From Candidatus Fraserbacteria bacterium (lineage in GTDB: Bacteria; Bipolaricaulota; Bipolaricaulia; RBG-16-55-9), in assembly GCA_037443265.1 (NCBI GenBank), contig JBBIOR010000006.1, forward strand, positions 26,924-90,923: 64,000 nucleotides of DNA. Direction: 5' to 3'. Made by a program: the position numbers and the translations under genes. Positions 28,576 through 37,826 of this stretch are shown here, one piece after another; the first letter of the stretch is position 1, and every line of letters begins with the position of its first letter. The notes under the pieces were generated by a model, which saw only the letters and a program-made list of their open reading frames with translations, was not told the origin of the DNA and did no database searches.

Positions 28576-29370
28576 ATGAGGGATTCCAAAAGCCGGATCT
28601 CTGATCAAGCCCAGAAAGAGCAAGTACGGAAGATCTTTACCGAGAAGGCCGACTCCTATGCGGCCCATAAGCCCCTGCTCGATCAAATCTCTTATGAGTG
28701 GATGCTCAAGCTCAGTCGGGTGGGGCCGAGGGATCGCGTTCTGGATGTAGCCACAGGGCCGGGGTTTATCGCGCTGCTCTTGGCCGAGCGCGCCCGCTAT
28801 GTGATCGGCTTAGATCTCACGCGGGCTCTGCTTAGGCGGGCCGAGGCGCTTAAGCGCGCGCGTGGTCTTAGCAACATGGGCTTCCTCGAGGGAGATGTAG
28901 AATCTCTGCCGTTTCCTGCGGGGGCTTTTGATCTGGTGGCTTGCCATAAAGCCTTTCATCACTTCCCCAGGCCACAGCGGGTTCTTAAGGAGATCCATCG
29001 CGTGCTCAAGGAGGGCGGTCGGCTGGTGCTAGGCGATACGCTCTCTTCAGAAGATCCCCAGAAGAGCCGATGGCACAATCGTCTGGAGAGAATGAGAGAT
29101 TCTTCGCACGTCAAAATGTACCCGCTTACGGAGCTTCGGGCGATGATCGAGCAGGCGGACTTTCAGATCGAGGACGTGGCGGAGTTCGAAGACGAGCGGG
29201 ACTTCGAGACGTGGATGAAGACGATCTCTCCTCCGCCCGCGGTAAGGGAAGAGATCCGGCGGGTCCTGCTCGAGAGCCTCCCCGAGGATCGCACGGGTCA
29301 GAAGGTGCGCCTCGTAGAGGGGAGACTCTACTACACGAGGCACTCGGCCGTGATTGCGGCCGTGAAGTAA
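28576..29370 (+). CDS. Class I SAM-dependent methyltransferase (UbiE-like)
   Basis: VLDVATGPG, LPFPAGAFDLV, RVLKEGG. Confidence 0.9.
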   Translation: MRDSKSRISDQAQKEQVRKIFTEKADSYAAHKPLLDQISYEWMLKLSRVGPRDRVLDVATGPGFIALLLAERARYVIGLDLTRALLRRAEALKRARGLSNMGFLEGDVESLPFPAGAFDLVACHKAFHHFPRPQRVLKEIHRVLKEGGRLVLGDTLSSEDPQKSRWHNRLERMRDSSHVKMYPLTELRAMIEQADFQIEDVAEFEDERDFETWMKTISPPPAVREEIRRVLLESLPEDRTGQKVRLVEGRLYYTRHSAVIAAVK

Positions 29371-29374
29371 AAGT

Positions 29375-29779
29375 TCACTGAGCCGCCTGGTCGATGATCG
29401 CCTTCACTTCCTGGTCAATTTGCTTGGCTGGCTCGCCGAGCTTCGAGGCCGCCTCGCGGAAGATCTGAGGCAAGATGGCGCTCGGGCGCATGGCGGCGAT
29501 CTTCGTCTTGCCCTTGTCTGTGTAGATGAGCACGCTGCAGGGCATGCAGAGTGCCGTCAAGCGCTCGGTTATCATGAAGCGATTCGCATGGGCGGGGGCA
29601 CAGATGTCAAGCGATTTGACCTGCTCTGTCTGCGGGAATCCCTTGGCGGCGAGGATCTCGGAAAAATCATAGTCGCCCAGGATGCCCCACTTAGCGGCCT
29701 CCGCAGCACGTCTTACGGCGATCACCGCGTCCTGAAAGCCCTTCGACGTCTCTTGGATGTAAATGAAGTCGGCCGTCAT
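29375..29779 (-). CDS. DUF302 family protein (paralog of 28170..28568)
   Basis: LDICAP...LCMPCSVLIY...AAMRP. Confidence 0.85.
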   Translation of the reverse strand: MTADFIYIQETSKGFQDAVIAVRRAAEAAKWGILGDYDFSEILAAKGFPQTEQVKSLDICAPAHANRFMITERLTALCMPCSVLIYTDKGKTKIAAMRPSAILPQIFREAASKLGEPAKQIDQEVKAIIDQAAQ

Positions 29780-29881
29780 AGCTCTCCCTCCTCAGAGATG
29801 ATGTGGCTATATTATGGCAAGCTGGGGGAGAATCATCTAGCCCCTTGAAAGGTCGTGGCAGGAGTGTTAGATTGACAGTGG

Positions 29882-29968
29882 GCCGGGGTGGCGAAACGGG
29901 TACACGCGGCAGACTTAAAATCTGCTGGGCTCTTAGGGCCCTTGCGGGTTCGAGTCCCGCCCCCGGCA
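29882..29968 (+). tRNA. tRNA-Leu(TAA)
   Basis: GCCGGGG/CCCCGGC, anticodon loop CTTAAAA, long variable arm. Confidence 0.96.
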
Positions 29969-30054
29969 CAAGAGCTTTTTCGAGGGTGTTTTCGGAATGC
30001 CCTCAGAGGCCCGCACGGGAGTTAATATGCGCAGACATGGGAATGGGAGGGTCG

Positions 30055-31236
30055 ATGAACAGAGCTCAATTCAGCCGGAGGGAATTTCTTAAGCGCACAG
30101 GTGCCATGATGTTCTCCCTCTATCTGGCCCGAAGCCTGGGATCTTCCAGGGCTTTGGCACGGACTGCAGAGGACATGCCCATCGACCTTGTGGAGGCCGT
30201 GACCCAAGAGGACGGCAAGCTGAACGTCTTCAACTGGTCGCTCTACATCGCGGAAGACCCTGTGACGGAGGAGGAGTTTGGGGTCGATCTCAGGGACGCC
30301 ACGCCGACCATCGCAAGATTCGAAGAGGAGTTCGGTATTCGAGTCACGTATGACACCTTTGAGAGCCAAGAGGAGATGCTGGCCAAGGTCCGCCCCGGAG
30401 CCAGCGGCTACGACGTGGTCGTCGTCACGAACTACTACGTGCCCCAGATGGTGGGCCTGAAGCTCCTTAGGCCCCTCAAGAGGGAGTGGCTGACGAATTG
30501 GCAGAACCTTGCGGCGCGCTTCCAAGGGCCGCCTTTCGGTCCCAATCCCGACTATGCCGTGCCCTACCTGTGGGGTGTGACCGGCTATGCCTACAACGAG
30601 AAGAGGGTCCGAGGCAACCCCAGGCTCGGCAGCTGGGAGCTCTTGTTTAAGGGCCGAGAGTACCGCGGCCGGATCACGATGCTCGACAGCCTCTTCATCG
30701 ACGGGATCAACGCGGCCTTGAAGCTTCTGGGGTATTCTTTAAACGAGACGAGTCGGGAGGCGCTGCTGGCGGCCGGGGATCTGCTCTTTGCGCAGAAGCC
30801 TCTCATTCGCGCCTACCTGGCCGGTCCGGTGCGCGATCTTTTGGCGGCCGAAGAGGTCTGGCTCGCTCAGCTCTGGAGTGGGGATACGCTGGCCGCCCAG
30901 CAGCAGAACCCAGCTGTCCAGTTCCAGCTTCCCAAAGAAGGCTCTGACGTCTGGGTGGACAGCATGACGATCCTGGCGGAATCCAGGCGTCCGGCCACCG
31001 CACACCTCTGGATGAATTACATCTTAAGGGCCCACGTCCATGCCGGGATCGCCACCTGGGTGGCCTTCGCCACTCCCAACGAAGCCGCCCTGCGATTCAT
31101 CCCCGAGCAGCAGCGCACCAGCTCGATCATCTATCCTACTGAGGCAGAACTCAAGAATTTCGAGCTGTTCGTGCTCCCCCAGGGCGAGGCTCTGGAGATC
31201 CGCCAGCGAATCGCGGATGAGCTCCTAAGCGGCTGA
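30055..31236 (+). CDS. potD: Spermidine/putrescine ABC substrate-binding protein, Tat-exported
   Basis: SRREFLK signal; LNVFNWS, GYDVVV, VPYLWG, PKEGS..WVD. Confidence 0.9.
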   Translation: MNRAQFSRREFLKRTGAMMFSLYLARSLGSSRALARTAEDMPIDLVEAVTQEDGKLNVFNWSLYIAEDPVTEEEFGVDLRDATPTIARFEEEFGIRVTYDTFESQEEMLAKVRPGASGYDVVVVTNYYVPQMVGLKLLRPLKREWLTNWQNLAARFQGPPFGPNPDYAVPYLWGVTGYAYNEKRVRGNPRLGSWELLFKGREYRGRITMLDSLFIDGINAALKLLGYSLNETSREALLAAGDLLFAQKPLIRAYLAGPVRDLLAAEEVWLAQLWSGDTLAAQQQNPAVQFQLPKEGSDVWVDSMTILAESRRPATAHLWMNYILRAHVHAGIATWVAFATPNEAALRFIPEQQRTSSIIYPTEAELKNFELFVLPQGEALEIRQRIADELLSG

Positions 31237-32168
31237 TGAGTGCTTTCCGGCGCAGTCTTCTGCGCTCCCTCTGGAGGCATCCTAACGCCAGGACGGTAGT
31301 CACCCTAAGCCCGGTCGTCTTCTGGCTCGCCCTCTTCGTAGTGGCTCCCATGCTCATCGTGCTCTACTACAGCTTGCTCACCGGTGGCCCCTATGGCGCA
31401 CTCCTTCCCCATCTTACTCTGGAGAACTATCAAAAGCTCTTCGTCACAGAGAATCTCCGCACGGGAGAGCTTGAGCCTAACTGGCTCTACTTGACCGTCT
31501 TCGCTCGCTCATTGGGGCTGGCACTGCTCACCACGGCCATCTGCCTGCTGGTGGGATACCCGGTGGCCTACTGGATCGCCCTCTACGGCGGAAGATTTAA
31601 GGGCCTCTGGATCGGGCTCTTCGTGCTGCCATTCTGGACGAGCTATCTGGTGCGCATCTTTGCGTGGATGTTCTTGCTGCGCGATCCCTCTGGGTTCATC
31701 AACCAACTCCTCTTGCGGACGGGGCTCATCCAGGAGCCCATACAGCTTCTATACAACCCGACCGGGGTGCTCATCGGCATGGTCTACACGTATCTGCCCT
31801 TTGCGGTCATTCCGCTCTATGCCTCGTTGGAACGTCTGGATCGCTCTGTGTTGGAGGTGGCCTTCGATCTGGGGGCCCGGCCGTGGCAGCGGCTCTGGCG
31901 GGTGACGCTGCCTCTCAGCCGCGGTGGCATCTTGAGCGCCTCCGTGCTGGTCTTCGTCCCGTCTGTGGGCGAATATCTCATTCCCGATCTTATGGGGGGA
32001 GCCAAAGTGAACCTGATCGGCAACGTGGTGGCCGATAAGTTCCTGCGGGATCAGAACTGGGCCTTCGGCTCGGCTATGGCCATGGGGCTGATGGGGATCG
32101 TGATGGCCCTCTTGCTCCTCTACTTTAAGCTCAGCCGGAGCGCACAGGTCTTCGAGAGGCAACGATGA
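31236..32168 (+). CDS. potB: Polyamine ABC permease
   Basis: LPFWTSYLVR, YLPF, EAA-like loop. Confidence 0.9.
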   Translation: MSAFRRSLLRSLWRHPNARTVVTLSPVVFWLALFVVAPMLIVLYYSLLTGGPYGALLPHLTLENYQKLFVTENLRTGELEPNWLYLTVFARSLGLALLTTAICLLVGYPVAYWIALYGGRFKGLWIGLFVLPFWTSYLVRIFAWMFLLRDPSGFINQLLLRTGLIQEPIQLLYNPTGVLIGMVYTYLPFAVIPLYASLERLDRSVLEVAFDLGARPWQRLWRVTLPLSRGGILSASVLVFVPSVGEYLIPDLMGGAKVNLIGNVVADKFLRDQNWAFGSAMAMGLMGIVMALLLLYFKLSRSAQVFERQR

Positions 32169-33007
32169 GCCGAGGGGTAAGCGGGCGTAGCCTCTTTGCG
32201 ATGGCACTTCCCCTGCTTATTTTGCTCGTATATCTCTTCATCTATGCTCCTCTTTTCATTTTAATGCTCTTCTCGTTCAACTCCGCGGGGAATCTCGCCT
32301 GGTGGCAGGGGTTTTCGCTCCAGTGGTATGAGCAGCTCCTGGGCTACGATCAGCTCTGGAAGGCGCTCAAGATCAGCCTGATGGTCACCGGCACGACCGT
32401 GCTCATCTCCACGGCTCTAGGCACACTCACGGCCTACGCCCTCTATCGCTGGAGGTTCTGGGGTAAGCGGCTCTTCGAGAGCGTGCTCTATCTGCCCTTG
32501 TACATCCCTGAGGTGGTGCTGGGGATTTCGCTTCTGGTCTTCTTCATCTTCTTGAGGATCCCCAGGGGGCTACTCACGATGATCTTAGCCCATGTGGCGT
32601 TTACCACCCCTCTGGTGGTGCTAGTGGTGCTGGCCCGGATGCAGCGGATCGACTGGGCGCTGGAAGAAGCCGCCATGGATCTGGGGGCCGATGAGCTTGT
32701 GACACTTAGCAAAGTGACGCTCCCTCTGCTCTGGCCGGGGATTCTGGCCGCAGCGCTTCTGGCCTTCCCTTGGTCGTTCAATGACTTTGTGATCACCTAC
32801 TTTGTTACCAGTCCCGGCAATGCTCCGCTGCCGGTGTTGACGTATAATCTGATTTTGGGAGCCCGAAGGAGCGGGGCCATGGGGATGATCAACGCCTTGG
32901 GCACGCTCATGACGGTGGTGACGCTGCTTTTGCCCCTGCTGGCTCTTTTGCTGGTGCGCCTGAGGCGCTTCTCGCTGCCCGGCTTCCGCTTCCCAAGGAG
33001 GAGGTAG
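32165..33007 (+). CDS. potC: Polyamine ABC permease
   Basis: FIYAPL, GFSLQWY, LEEAAMDLGA. Confidence 0.9.
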   Translation: MSRGVSGRSLFAMALPLLILLVYLFIYAPLFILMLFSFNSAGNLAWWQGFSLQWYEQLLGYDQLWKALKISLMVTGTTVLISTALGTLTAYALYRWRFWGKRLFESVLYLPLYIPEVVLGISLLVFFIFLRIPRGLLTMILAHVAFTTPLVVLVVLARMQRIDWALEEAAMDLGADELVTLSKVTLPLLWPGILAAALLAFPWSFNDFVITYFVTSPGNAPLPVLTYNLILGARRSGAMGMINALGTLMTVVTLLLPLLALLLVRLRRFSLPGFRFPRRR

Positions 33008-34096
33008 ATGGACACTCCCAGCGTGGAGCTTCGCGCGGTGACCAAGCGCTTTGGCAGCGTTGTAGCCGTCGATCATGTGAGTCTCGCCATCGCCAAGGGG
33101 GAGTTCTTCTCGTTTCTGGGGCCGAGCGGCTGCGGCAAGACCACCCTGCTTCGCACGATCGCAGGCTTAGAGACGCCCGATTCCGGCGATATCCACATCC
33201 ATGGGGAGCGGGTGAACGATCTTCCCCCCTATGAGCGCAACGTCTCCACCGTCTTTCAACGCCTGGCTCTCTTTCCCCATCTCACGGTGGGAGAGAACAT
33301 CGCGTTTGGACTTAAGATTCAGGGTCAACCTCGTGACACGATCCAGAGAAGAGTGAGGGAGATCCTAGAGCTGGTGCGCCTGCCAGGTTTAGAACAACGC
33401 TATCCTGATCAGCTCTCGGGCGGGCAGCAACAGCGGGTGGCGCTCGCCCGTTCGCTGGTGCTTGAGCCGGAGGTGCTCCTGCTCGATGAGCCGCTGGCGG
33501 CTTTAGATAGAAAGCTCCGGCTGGAGATGCAAATGGAGCTCCGCCGGATTCAGCGAGCAGTGGGCATCACCTTCATCTACGTCACGCATGATCAGAAGGA
33601 AGCGCTCAGCCTGTCGGATCGCATGGCCATCATGAAAGAGGGTCGAATCGTACAGGTGGGCACGCCCCAGCAGATCTACGAGCACCCCCGGACGGCCTTC
33701 GTGGCGGATTTTATGGGGGCTTCCAATCTCTTCTCCGGCGAGCTGATCGAGCAGTGGGGGCAGCTTTGTCTTCATACGAAGAGCGGCTTGATCATTCGCG
33801 TTCTCCCTGCGCCAGAGGGCTCATCTTCCAACGGGGCACAGCTTCTGGCGCTCCGCCCGGAGATGATCGAGATCCGTCGCCTGGACGAGGGCTTCCCATC
33901 TGAGAACTGCTTCGTGGGCCGAGTCCTGCAGAAGGTGTATTCAGGAGAGATCCTAGAGTTTGAGGTGCTCCTCAATGGGACGGAGCGCCTCAGGGTGCAC
34001 TCTCCCAGTCGCTCGCCTGCAGCTCAGATCCACGTGGGCGAAGAGGTCCTCGTGGCTTGGGATCCCGAGGCGGGGTCTCTACTTAGCGCAGAGTGA
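33008..34096 (+). CDS. potA: Polyamine ABC ATP-binding protein
   Basis: GPSGCGKT, LSGGQQQR, YVTHDQ, TOBE-like tail. Confidence 0.92.
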   Translation: MDTPSVELRAVTKRFGSVVAVDHVSLAIAKGEFFSFLGPSGCGKTTLLRTIAGLETPDSGDIHIHGERVNDLPPYERNVSTVFQRLALFPHLTVGENIAFGLKIQGQPRDTIQRRVREILELVRLPGLEQRYPDQLSGGQQQRVALARSLVLEPEVLLLDEPLAALDRKLRLEMQMELRRIQRAVGITFIYVTHDQKEALSLSDRMAIMKEGRIVQVGTPQQIYEHPRTAFVADFMGASNLFSGELIEQWGQLCLHTKSGLIIRVLPAPEGSSSNGAQLLALRPEMIEIRRLDEGFPSENCFVGRVLQKVYSGEILEFEVLLNGTERLRVHSPSRSPAAQIHVGEEVLVAWDPEAGSLLSAE

Positions 34097-34098
34097 GC

Positions 34099-36192
34099 TT
34101 AGCGCAGCACGACGAGCTTGCGCACGGGGCTACGCCACTCCTCTCCCGAGAGGCCCTTCACCGTGACCACATAGAGATAGACGCCGTTGGCCAGCGGTCG
34201 GCCCTCTCCCTCTAAGGCTCGCCACTGGAGTCTCGTCCCCACGGCAGAAGCGGCAAAGCGCTTCTTTCCCCCGAGGTCGAACCCCTCAACTTGTACGGAG
34301 GCGATGCCTGAGCCGGTCACGGAGAGCTGCCAGAGTCCTTGGCCCAAGGGGCTTAGGCGCAGATCTCGCACGAGTAGGGCAGCGGCAGAGCCCGACGGCC
34401 GCCGAGGCTCTCCCACCAGGCCGGCGGCCTCGAAAGTCAGGGCCAGCTCTGCGATCCTGGTCACATCGGCTGCATTGAGTGTGCTGCAGTCGGGGATCTC
34501 ATCAGTAGGGGCTTTAGGCTCAGCTACATCAGCCACGCGCTTCTGCTCGTCGCTTAGCCCGCTGATGGGCTCCGGCGGCACCTTCAGGCAGGGCAGGATG
34601 GCGTTAGCCAACATCAGGGCGTCCCGGATCGTGGGGATGCCGTCCAAAAGATCCACGTCCCCCGGCGTAAGCAGGATCACGCTGCCGGAGACGACTACGA
34701 CTTGAGTGGTAATGTCCGTGCCGCCGGCGTCTTCAATGAGATCGACCTGGAGGGCGAGGATGCTGCGCTGGCCCGGCTGGCTTCTTGCTGTCTTAGAGAT
34801 TATGAGCTGGGCTACGGCTTCGGGCTGGCGGCTGCCAGCCTTGGCCGAAGGGCTTTGAGCTGGGTCGACGAAGAGAGTGAAGTTGAGCCGCCCGGCGCGG
34901 TTGTCTATGCGAACACTGCTTGTCTGATACGGAGGTTCCGGCACCAGCTCTTCAATGCGAATCACCTGGGGATCGAAGAGCACGGAGACTGTCTGGACTT
35001 CGAGGCGTCCTAGGCCGACGTTGGGAAAGCCCACAACTTCCAGGGGCACGCGGCTTCGGATCCCTGAGATTTGCATGTCGGGGATTCGGAGCACCCCGCT
35101 TCCGATCATGACCGTCTGGGGCATCTGGATGGCCGGGGCCACGCTGGGATGGATGGCCGTGCCCAGAGGCTCCTCAACGAGGAAGGTAATTCTCAGATGG
35201 ATGGTGCGGCCGCGCATGGCCGTAGGGCTTGCCGTGGCCTTGATCTCAAATTTCTGGCAGGTGTCATCCTGAACGGGTACGCTCATGCTCCACGAGAAGC
35301 CTGCTCCTCCGCGATCAAAATTGGGGCTCGGTAGGCCACTGGAGGTCAGAGGAGAGCTCCCTCCCGCCAAGAACAGCGCAAAGTCACTGATATCAGCGGA
35401 TCGGGCGCTGCCCAGCGGGCCCTGGACCAGGATCAGCGCCGTCAGGCGCAGTTCATGCCCATTGGCATCCTGGTCGCAGATCTCGAAGCTGGCTACTGTG
35501 CCTTGACTGTTAGTGCGGATGGGCTCTGGGGTGAAGTCAAGCGCTCTCAGGCGATTGATGCCCCCGTTGAACACCAGATCCGGGGTGCCATCCGTGATGG
35601 CATTTAAAAAATTCGTCGGAGCCGGAGGGCTGCCTATGTCCTCTGTAAACCCAAGGGTCACTTGGAGCTGTAGGGTGTGGTTCTGCGCCTTGCTCTGAAG
35701 ATCATTGGTGCCCTTGGTGCGCACGGCGATCCGAAAGATCTTCGCTTGGTCGTCTGGGATCAAGATGGTCAAGGGGGAGAAGCTAGCTCGAAATGAGATA
35801 TTGGGGTTCGGGCCGGCGACCGGGGCTGCCGGGCCGGCGACGGCGTTGTTCCCCTCATCGAGGACCATGACTTGGGCGATCTCATCATGAGTGGCCGAGC
35901 CGAGATTGTCGATGATGAAGCCGGTGATCGTGACATCGCCGAGATCATCGGCTAGGGGATCGACATCTTTGACTTCAAATGCAAATACAACAGCCCCATC
36001 TCCCAAGCTGGTGGGACTCATCGTCATCGGCGTATTTGCTCCCGGCTCCAAGATCTGGCTGGGGAGCGGAATCTCCAAGAGCTGCACTTGCCCGTATCCG
36101 GCTACGGAAGAGAGAGGGCCGATCATAACCCCCAAAAGAATCCAGAGAGAATGCCAGGGCTTTACCGCAAGGCCGTCTGATCTGAGCCTCAT
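34099..36192 (-). CDS. Large secreted protein: two beta-sandwich repeats, cohesin-like, dockerin-like and C-terminal FlgD/T9SS-like domains
   Basis: Signal peptide; GDVDLLDG.PTIRDALML...ADVAEP...AADVTRI; C-terminus PLANGVYLYVVTV...VRKLVVLR; the longer ORF call runs through a tRNA, so the start is placed at 36192. Confidence 0.7.
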   Translation of the reverse strand: MRLRSDGLAVKPWHSLWILLGVMIGPLSSVAGYGQVQLLEIPLPSQILEPGANTPMTMSPTSLGDGAVVFAFEVKDVDPLADDLGDVTITGFIIDNLGSATHDEIAQVMVLDEGNNAVAGPAAPVAGPNPNISFRASFSPLTILIPDDQAKIFRIAVRTKGTNDLQSKAQNHTLQLQVTLGFTEDIGSPPAPTNFLNAITDGTPDLVFNGGINRLRALDFTPEPIRTNSQGTVASFEICDQDANGHELRLTALILVQGPLGSARSADISDFALFLAGGSSPLTSSGLPSPNFDRGGAGFSWSMSVPVQDDTCQKFEIKATASPTAMRGRTIHLRITFLVEEPLGTAIHPSVAPAIQMPQTVMIGSGVLRIPDMQISGIRSRVPLEVVGFPNVGLGRLEVQTVSVLFDPQVIRIEELVPEPPYQTSSVRIDNRAGRLNFTLFVDPAQSPSAKAGSRQPEAVAQLIISKTARSQPGQRSILALQVDLIEDAGGTDITTQVVVVSGSVILLTPGDVDLLDGIPTIRDALMLANAILPCLKVPPEPISGLSDEQKRVADVAEPKAPTDEIPDCSTLNAADVTRIAELALTFEAAGLVGEPRRPSGSAAALLVRDLRLSPLGQGLWQLSVTGSGIASVQVEGFDLGGKKRFAASAVGTRLQWRALEGEGRPLANGVYLYVVTVKGLSGEEWRSPVRKLVVLR

Positions 36193-36248
36193 AAGCACAA
36201 ACTCCAGTTGCAGTCTTCTTCCGTTGCTGATATAATACGCCCTGAACG

Positions 36249-36324
36249 TGCGGGGTGGAGCAACAGGAAGCTCGTCGGGCTCATAACCCGGAGGTTGCCG
36301 GTTCGAATCCGGCCCCCGCAACCA
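36249..36324 (+). tRNA. Initiator tRNA-fMet(CAT)
   Basis: GCGGGGTGGAGC 5' end, three G-C pairs in the anticodon stem, CTCATAA loop, encoded CCA; TTGCAG-N17-TATAAT upstream. Confidence 0.95.
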
Positions 36325-36337
36325 CCCCTCTCTATCA

Positions 36338-36739
36338 TCAGCGGAGCCGGCGGAGCTTGACCCGCTCACCGCCAGCCAGCTCAAAGAGCAACTCCTCGTA
36401 AGAGACGAAGAGGGCCTTCCAGAGCGTCTCCCCCAGCGAGAGCCCCAGGGAAGGCTCCCTCCACTCAAACCTGAGAGTCTCTCCATTCTTGATCTCATAC
36501 TTGCCCACGAGCCATGCTTCTTCTAAGTCGGAGACGAGGAGGTTGACCACCCCGTCCGCTTGGAACTCGTAGATCAGCCCTGTGACCCCTAAGCTGCTGG
36601 AGAGTGCCTCCCAACGTCCGAGGAGGACCTGCGCGCTCAGATCCGGCCGACGCAGTTCGCCCGCCCCCAGGCATCCCGTCAGCAAGCTCCCTAGAGCCAG
36701 AATTGCTCCCCAGGTCAACCCGCTTCTTCTACTCATCAT
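36338..36739 (-). CDS. Hypothetical lipoprotein (lipocalin-like)
   Basis: Lipobox LLTGC; LLGRWE motif. Confidence 0.7.
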   Translation of the reverse strand: MMSRRSGLTWGAILALGSLLTGCLGAGELRRPDLSAQVLLGRWEALSSSLGVTGLIYEFQADGVVNLLVSDLEEAWLVGKYEIKNGETLRFEWREPSLGLSLGETLWKALFVSYEELLFELAGGERVKLRRLR

Positions 36740-36878
36740 GGGTCCACAGCCCCTCTACTGTTAGACAGGGTAGGCCCATAAGCTCTCCTCTCCCATAACC
36801 GCTGACCATGGCCCGGGGGAAGTCGGTCCCAAGGAGTTTGACGAGAACCCTCCTTTCAGGTAAGCTCTTTGCGCCCGA

Positions 36879-36953
36879 GGCGGCGTAGCTCATCGGGTCT
36901 AGAGCGTCCGTCTCATAAGCGGAAGGTAGTGGGTTCGAGTCCCACCGCCGCCA
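36879..36953 (+). tRNA. tRNA-Met(CAT), probably elongator (Ile2 not excluded)
   Basis: GGCGGCG/CGCCGCC, loop CTCATAA; TTGACG-N17-TAAGCT upstream. Confidence 0.9.
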
Positions 36954-36959
36954 CCCTAA

Positions 36960-37032
36960 GGGGACGTAGCTCAGTTGGGAGAGCGCCGCGTTCGCAACGC
37001 GGAGGTCGCCGGTTCGAATCCGGTCGTCTCCA
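36960..37032 (+). tRNA. tRNA-Ala(CGC)
   Basis: GGGGACG/CGTCTCC with G3:U70, loop TTCGCAA. Confidence 0.96.
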
Positions 37033-37038
37033 CCCGCT

Positions 37039-37233
37039 TTAATCTCCACAGCCCTCCTGATAGCCGCAGGAGCAGATCTTGTGGCAACCTACGATCCGCT
37101 CAAACGGCTCTCCACAGTGGGGACAGCGATTGGGATCCGCGCGCAGTAATCTTTCCCACTCTTCCAGGCTCATGACCGGCGTAACGCCCTTTGAGGGCCG
37201 CTTCTTGGGCAGCGTGCGCTTCCGCGGCTTCAT
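37039..37233 (-). CDS. Small basic zinc-ribbon protein (64 aa)
   Basis: CPHCG...GCHKICSCGYQEGC; TATAAT 9 nt before the ATG. Confidence 0.7.
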   Translation of the reverse strand: MKPRKRTLPKKRPSKGVTPVMSLEEWERLLRADPNRCPHCGEPFERIVGCHKICSCGYQEGCGD

Positions 37234-37304
37234 GCCATCAATATTATAGATCAAGGACGGGACAATTTGCCCATGCCTTCGCCACAGGATTAGAATGGAC
37301 CAAC

Positions 37305-37733
37305 ATGCAGCCAGAGGAGTTCGTCGATCTATTTCGTAAATACCTCAAGAGCCGAGGGCTCCACATCACTCAGACGCGCGAGCGCATCGCCTGGGAAGCC
37401 TTCCAAATCCCAGGTCATTTCGATGTCCCCACCCTCTGGGCGAAGTTCCAAGGGGGCCAGATCGCCCCGGCCACCATCTATCGTACTCTGGAGCTCCTCT
37501 CCCAAGCGGGCCTCGTGCGAAAACTGCTCTTCCATGAGCGAGCCTGCTATGAGGCCAGCCTGGGCCGCCCGCATCACGAGCACTTGATCTGCACCCGCTG
37601 CGGACAGGTCCTCGAGTTCAGCGATGGAGCACTGGAACAGCGTCTCGCAGAGATCGTCGAAGCCCACCAGTTTAGGCCTCAGAGCCATCAGGTGATCGTC
37701 TCCGGGCTCTGCTCTTCTTGCCAGAAGCCCTAA
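37305..37733 (+). CDS. Fur family transcriptional regulator
   Basis: ATIYRTLELL, HHEHLICTRCG, CSSC. Confidence 0.93.
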   Translation: MQPEEFVDLFRKYLKSRGLHITQTRERIAWEAFQIPGHFDVPTLWAKFQGGQIAPATIYRTLELLSQAGLVRKLLFHERACYEASLGRPHHEHLICTRCGQVLEFSDGALEQRLAEIVEAHQFRPQSHQVIVSGLCSSCQKP

Positions 37734-37768
37734 ACAAGCCGTCCGGCCTGGGGAAGCCGGCGGCTTGT
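37734..37768 (+). terminator. GC-rich hairpin after the Fur gene
   Basis: ACAAGCCG.CCGGC...GCCGG.CGGCTTGT inverted repeat, weak U tail. Confidence 0.55.
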
Positions 37769-37826
37769 GGCTGGGTGTGTACCTGTAAGGAGGTGGTTCT
37801 CCTGCAGCCCCTAAGGAGGTCTCTAA

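Noticed and set aside
29803..30054. N-terminal extension of potD
   Set aside because: Overlaps tRNA-Leu; the SD and Tat signal indicate a start at 30055
36193..36498. N-terminal extension of the 799-aa ORF
   Set aside because: Runs antisense through tRNA-fMet and overlaps the lipoprotein gene; the signal peptide begins near 36192
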